From NCBI GenBank assembly GCA_030064975.1, contig JASJDX010000005.1, positions 1-42,770 on the forward strand: 42,770 nt of DNA, read 5' to 3'. A program made the position numbers and the translations under genes. Below, one piece after another: positions 39,872-42,770 of this stretch; position 1 is the stretch's first letter; every line of letters begins with the position of its first letter. The stretch is from Pleurocapsa sp. MO_192.B19. GTDB lineage: Bacteria > Cyanobacteriota > Cyanobacteriia > Cyanobacteriales > Xenococcaceae. The notes under the pieces were generated by a model. It was not told the DNA's origin and ran no database searches. It saw only the letters and a list, made by a program, of their open reading frames with translations.

Positions 39872-40935
39872 CCATTGCCTCCAAATATCAAGTCACCCGT
39901 GTCGGCAAAAAGTTGGTCAGAATTGTTGCTACCGAAGATAGGTACAATGTCAGTTGCGTTTATATTTTCACCTTGATTTTGAGTATCGATCAAACCAACT
40001 GTCTGAATTGCAAATTCATCGGTTGTTCCACCAGCTAAGAATATATCGAACTTAGAATCCAAAACCAATATTTCCCCATCTAAGATATTTGCTGTAGTAG
40101 GAAAAGCATCATTCCCAAGATCCAATTCGTCAATTATTTCAGCAGACTCCCAATTATCATCACTCTGTAAACTGAATACTTGATTAGAGGATTCGTCGTT
40201 AAATTCGCTGATTGCATTTTCATTGCTAACAACAACTAATTCATCTTCATCGGCTAAAAGTAGACCGTCAGTATTACCTAAACTTCGATCAAGTTGAACT
40301 TGAGTGAACTGCTCTGGATTATCCAGCGGGACTTTATACAGTAAACCATCATTACTGTCAGTAACTATCAAATAATTATTGGGATGTGCAATAATTCCGT
40401 TGAGATTAAATCCTTCTCCTGCAAACTGTTCGTCCTCTAGAAGTATCGATGGGTTACCTTCTGGATCGACTTTGTAAATAATGGGCGACAAACTATCAGT
40501 AACGTAGGCGTTACCTTCATCGTCAATGTCAATATCATTAACAAAGTGAGGTTCTTCTGGACGCAGACTGCTCAAATCTACATAGTCAATTAATTCGCCT
40601 GTTGACAGATTGAAAATACCTAAAGTAGCTAGTTGATTTTCTGTTTCTGGACTTGACCGAATACTGCTACCTCCATCTGAATTAAGGACAAAAAGTCGAT
40701 TTTGTTCCTCATTGATAGCAAGACCGATACTAGATATTAGACGCTCGTCTTCGATAAAAGGAGATACACTGCCATCTTCGTTGGTAGTGTAGATACTTCC
40801 CTCCGTTACAGAACTGAGAAGGAATTGATCTGTATTAGGGTTGTATTCCACCGATTCTGGAAAAAGATTGTCTCGGACAATAGCGATCGAATTTAGGACG
40901 GTTTCATTTAAATTGACTGAAATTGATTTACTCAC
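39859..40935 (-). CDS. SMP-30/gluconolactonase-like beta-propeller protein with truncated RTX-like Ca-binding tail
   Basis: LFPESVEY, NDIDID.EGNAYVTDS, LNGI and DGL motifs; acidic; ends in IFG...D.L...IFGGNG. Confidence 0.75.
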   Translation of the reverse strand: MSKSISVNLNETVLNSIAIVRDNLFPESVEYNPNTDQFLLSSVTEGSIYTTNEDGSVSPFIEDERLISSIGLAINEEQNRLFVLNSDGGSSIRSSPETENQLATLGIFNLSTGELIDYVDLSSLRPEEPHFVNDIDIDDEGNAYVTDSLSPIIYKVDPEGNPSILLEDEQFAGEGFNLNGIIAHPNNYLIVTDSNDGLLYKVPLDNPEQFTQVQLDRSLGNTDGLLLADEDELVVVSNENAISEFNDESSNQVFSLQSDDNWESAEIIDELDLGNDAFPTTANILDGEILVLDSKFDIFLAGGTTDEFAIQTVGLIDTQNQGENINATDIVPIFGSNNSDQLFADTGDLIFGGNGSAN

Positions 40936-41129
40936 GATTTAGTCTTTTCCTTGTTGTATGGGAGTGAAATCAACTAATCGTTGCCACACCCCGTATAGCT
41001 TTGCAGCGGGTTGACTACCAATCCTTGTTTTCCTGTTCTATCTGTTTCAATTCTCCGACAGGATCTTGTTCTCTTAGATCTAGAATAATACAAGGGAAAT
41101 ATAGTTAGTCACAAAGTTTTTTTGTCCAT

Positions 41130-41570
41130 TTAAACTTTTTGCAACGTATCTCCAAAAGCTTCGATAAAAACGAGTGGATTGAAATACTCTGTCACGGATA
41201 CTAACCGATTCTCCCGCAATTGGAACAATCCACAATAGTTGTTGTTATAAGGACGACCAGTATCAGCAATTTCAACTTCGCCACGGTACTCGGCGAAGAC
41301 CTGATCGGAGTTTAGCATCGGATAAATCTTTCGGTCGACGAATGCCATTCTTTTTATCGTCTTGGGAAGTACATTAAAATGACGATAGATTGCTGTTTTG
41401 CCTTCTACGCGGTTGGGAAACCCTGAGGGAGCGTAAGGCATGTGGTGAACACCATCCTCAGTCCACAGATCAATCCATTGCTCAATGTTCATCGTCTCTA
41501 GGAGATTAAAAAAGTCCGAAACTACTTGGACTGTGCGTTCGCGTTTGATAGGGTCTGTATTAGGATTCAT
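41130..41570 (-). CDS. NTF2/SnoaL-like (PhzA/B-like) protein
   Basis: DLWTEDG...MPYAP.GFP...EGK.AI, TGRPYNNNY.G, EYFNP. Confidence 0.85.
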   Translation of the reverse strand: MNPNTDPIKRERTVQVVSDFFNLLETMNIEQWIDLWTEDGVHHMPYAPSGFPNRVEGKTAIYRHFNVLPKTIKRMAFVDRKIYPMLNSDQVFAEYRGEVEIADTGRPYNNNYCGLFQLRENRLVSVTEYFNPLVFIEAFGDTLQKV

Positions 41571-41740
41571 TCTATTAAAGTTTTACTTAAAGTGTGCTGA
41601 AAGTTATTCAAAGTTGGAGAGGAGTTTCTGAGAGTAATCCTGCAAAGTAATGATTAATGAAGGCTGAAACGTTTACTATGCTTTTACCAATAGTGTTACA
41701 ATACACGAGTATCTGCTGAGTTTTTATACTAAAATCAATC

Positions 41741-42490
41741 TCACGAAGCCGTTGTTCCGCCGACCGCACGAGTCAATTGACCAGTTATCCAACGTGCATC
41801 ATGGCTGACTATAAATGCGACTATATCAGCAATGTCTTCAGGCTGTGCAATACGACCTAATGGAGAAGCTTTGGCGATCTCTGCATCTTTGCCTTCTGGA
41901 AAAGATGCTCTAAAAAGTTCTGTATCTGTTGGTCCAGGTGCTACGGTGTTGACTGTAATCCCGCGTGGACCCAACTCCTTAGCAGCAGATTTTGTGAACA
42001 GCTCGATTGCTGCTCTTGTACCTGAGTAGTGTGTGTAGCCCTCAGCACCAGCAACGGTAACGCTGGATGAAAAATTAACGATGCGCCCGCCTTTTTCCAT
42101 ATGCCGTGCAGCTTCTTGCAAGGAAAAAAAGTTCCCCTTTGCATTAATTGCAAACACTTGATCAAAGTCCTCTTCGGTTACTTCCGTCAAGGGAATTGGG
42201 GATGGAAAGAAAGATGCATTGTTAACTAAAATATCTAGCTTTCCAAAAAAACTGATTGTTTCCTTAAATAGGTTACGAATTTCAGGAATTTGACCTAAAT
42301 CTGCTTTCACAGCCAAAGCCTTTTGGCCATTGGCTTCAATCTCCGAAACTACTTCTTGTGCCTTAGCAGCATTGCTAACGTAGTTGACTACAACATCGGC
42401 ACCGTCTCTAGCTAAGCGTTTGGCTATAGCTCGTCCAATGCCTCGTGAAGCACCAGTAACAATGGCTACTTTTCCAGTCAGAGAACTCAT
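41741..42490 (-). CDS. SDR-family oxidoreductase (FabG-like)
   Basis: TGASRGIG, DILVNNA, ITVNTVAPGPTDT; the catalytic motif reads YSGTR rather than YxxxK. Confidence 0.9.
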   Translation of the reverse strand: MSSLTGKVAIVTGASRGIGRAIAKRLARDGADVVVNYVSNAAKAQEVVSEIEANGQKALAVKADLGQIPEIRNLFKETISFFGKLDILVNNASFFPSPIPLTEVTEEDFDQVFAINAKGNFFSLQEAARHMEKGGRIVNFSSSVTVAGAEGYTHYSGTRAAIELFTKSAAKELGPRGITVNTVAPGPTDTELFRASFPEGKDAEIAKASPLGRIAQPEDIADIVAFIVSHDARWITGQLTRAVGGTTAS

Positions 42491-42627
42491 TTTTATCAAC
42501 TCACTAATTTGTTTTTTAATCTAATTCTTGTGATTAGTTTATTTAAACTTTAAGTTATTGAACAGGGTTTTTTTTTTTTCTTTTTTGCCTGTTGTTTAGC
42601 ACTCAGTATATCTCTCAGCCGCTAATT

Positions 42628-42770
42628 AGGGTTTGCTGAACAAGCTGATAACCTTGAGGTAACAAAAGTTACAGAGATTTTGAGCGCAGAAAAAAGTGAG
42701 GGGAAAGGGGCGAAAAACCCCTAAAATTGGTTAAAGACCCTTGCACCCCGTCGGTAAGAACGAATGTACC
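42628..42770 (+). mobile_element. probable left end of an IS5-family element running off the window
   Basis: AGGGTTTGCTGAA end-like sequence and ATG TAC C at 42764, resembling the MYR.. start of cyanobacterial IS5 transposases (from memory). Confidence 0.5.

Noticed and set aside
40980-41020. GC-rich stretch upstream of the beta-propeller gene as a riboswitch or IS end
   Set aside because: Too short, with no convincing fold or partner end identifiable by eye.
649-42165. Many short track ORFs overlapping larger genes on the opposite strand or frame
   Set aside because: No motifs or RBS support; considered spurious.
42567-42587. Long T tract as an intrinsic terminator
   Set aside because: No convincing GC-rich stem precedes it; it may be a homopolymer artefact.
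1-42770. CRISPR array, tRNA or rRNA genes
   Set aside because: No regularly spaced repeat-spacer array or structural RNA gene was recognised; the periodic repeats are WD40 coding units and one heptamer tract.

Overview
AT-rich cyanobacterial DNA (repeated HIP1 GCGATCGC octamers, DUF1816- and GUN4-type genes), probably part of a mobilizable plasmid or integrated element. From left to right: a small element with inverted ends; an oriT-like region with mobC, an antitoxin-like/HNH pair and a MOB-P-type relaxase; DUF1816, ltrA-like and araC genes divergent from a heme-oxygenase-like diiron oxidase and a small ORF; an IS1634 copy with a 6-bp target duplication; two tandem HTH-NB-ARC (STAND) genes, one with WD40 repeats. 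The most striking feature (about 16193-23806) is an IS200/IS605 tnpB element carrying three group II introns. An ORF-less sense intron splits tnpB codon 4, so the real start ATG at 16250 is missed by the ORF track. An antisense intron with a decayed RT sits in the tnpB 3' end/omegaRNA region, and an intact intron is nested in that intron's RT motif 4. The right half holds RND efflux, methyltransferase, permease, GUN4, antiporter, MFS and oxidoreductase genes, plus IS remnants and a 379-bp non-autonomous IS605-type element whose empty site can be reconstructed exactly. All family calls come from recognising motifs by eye; no database search or folding was run.
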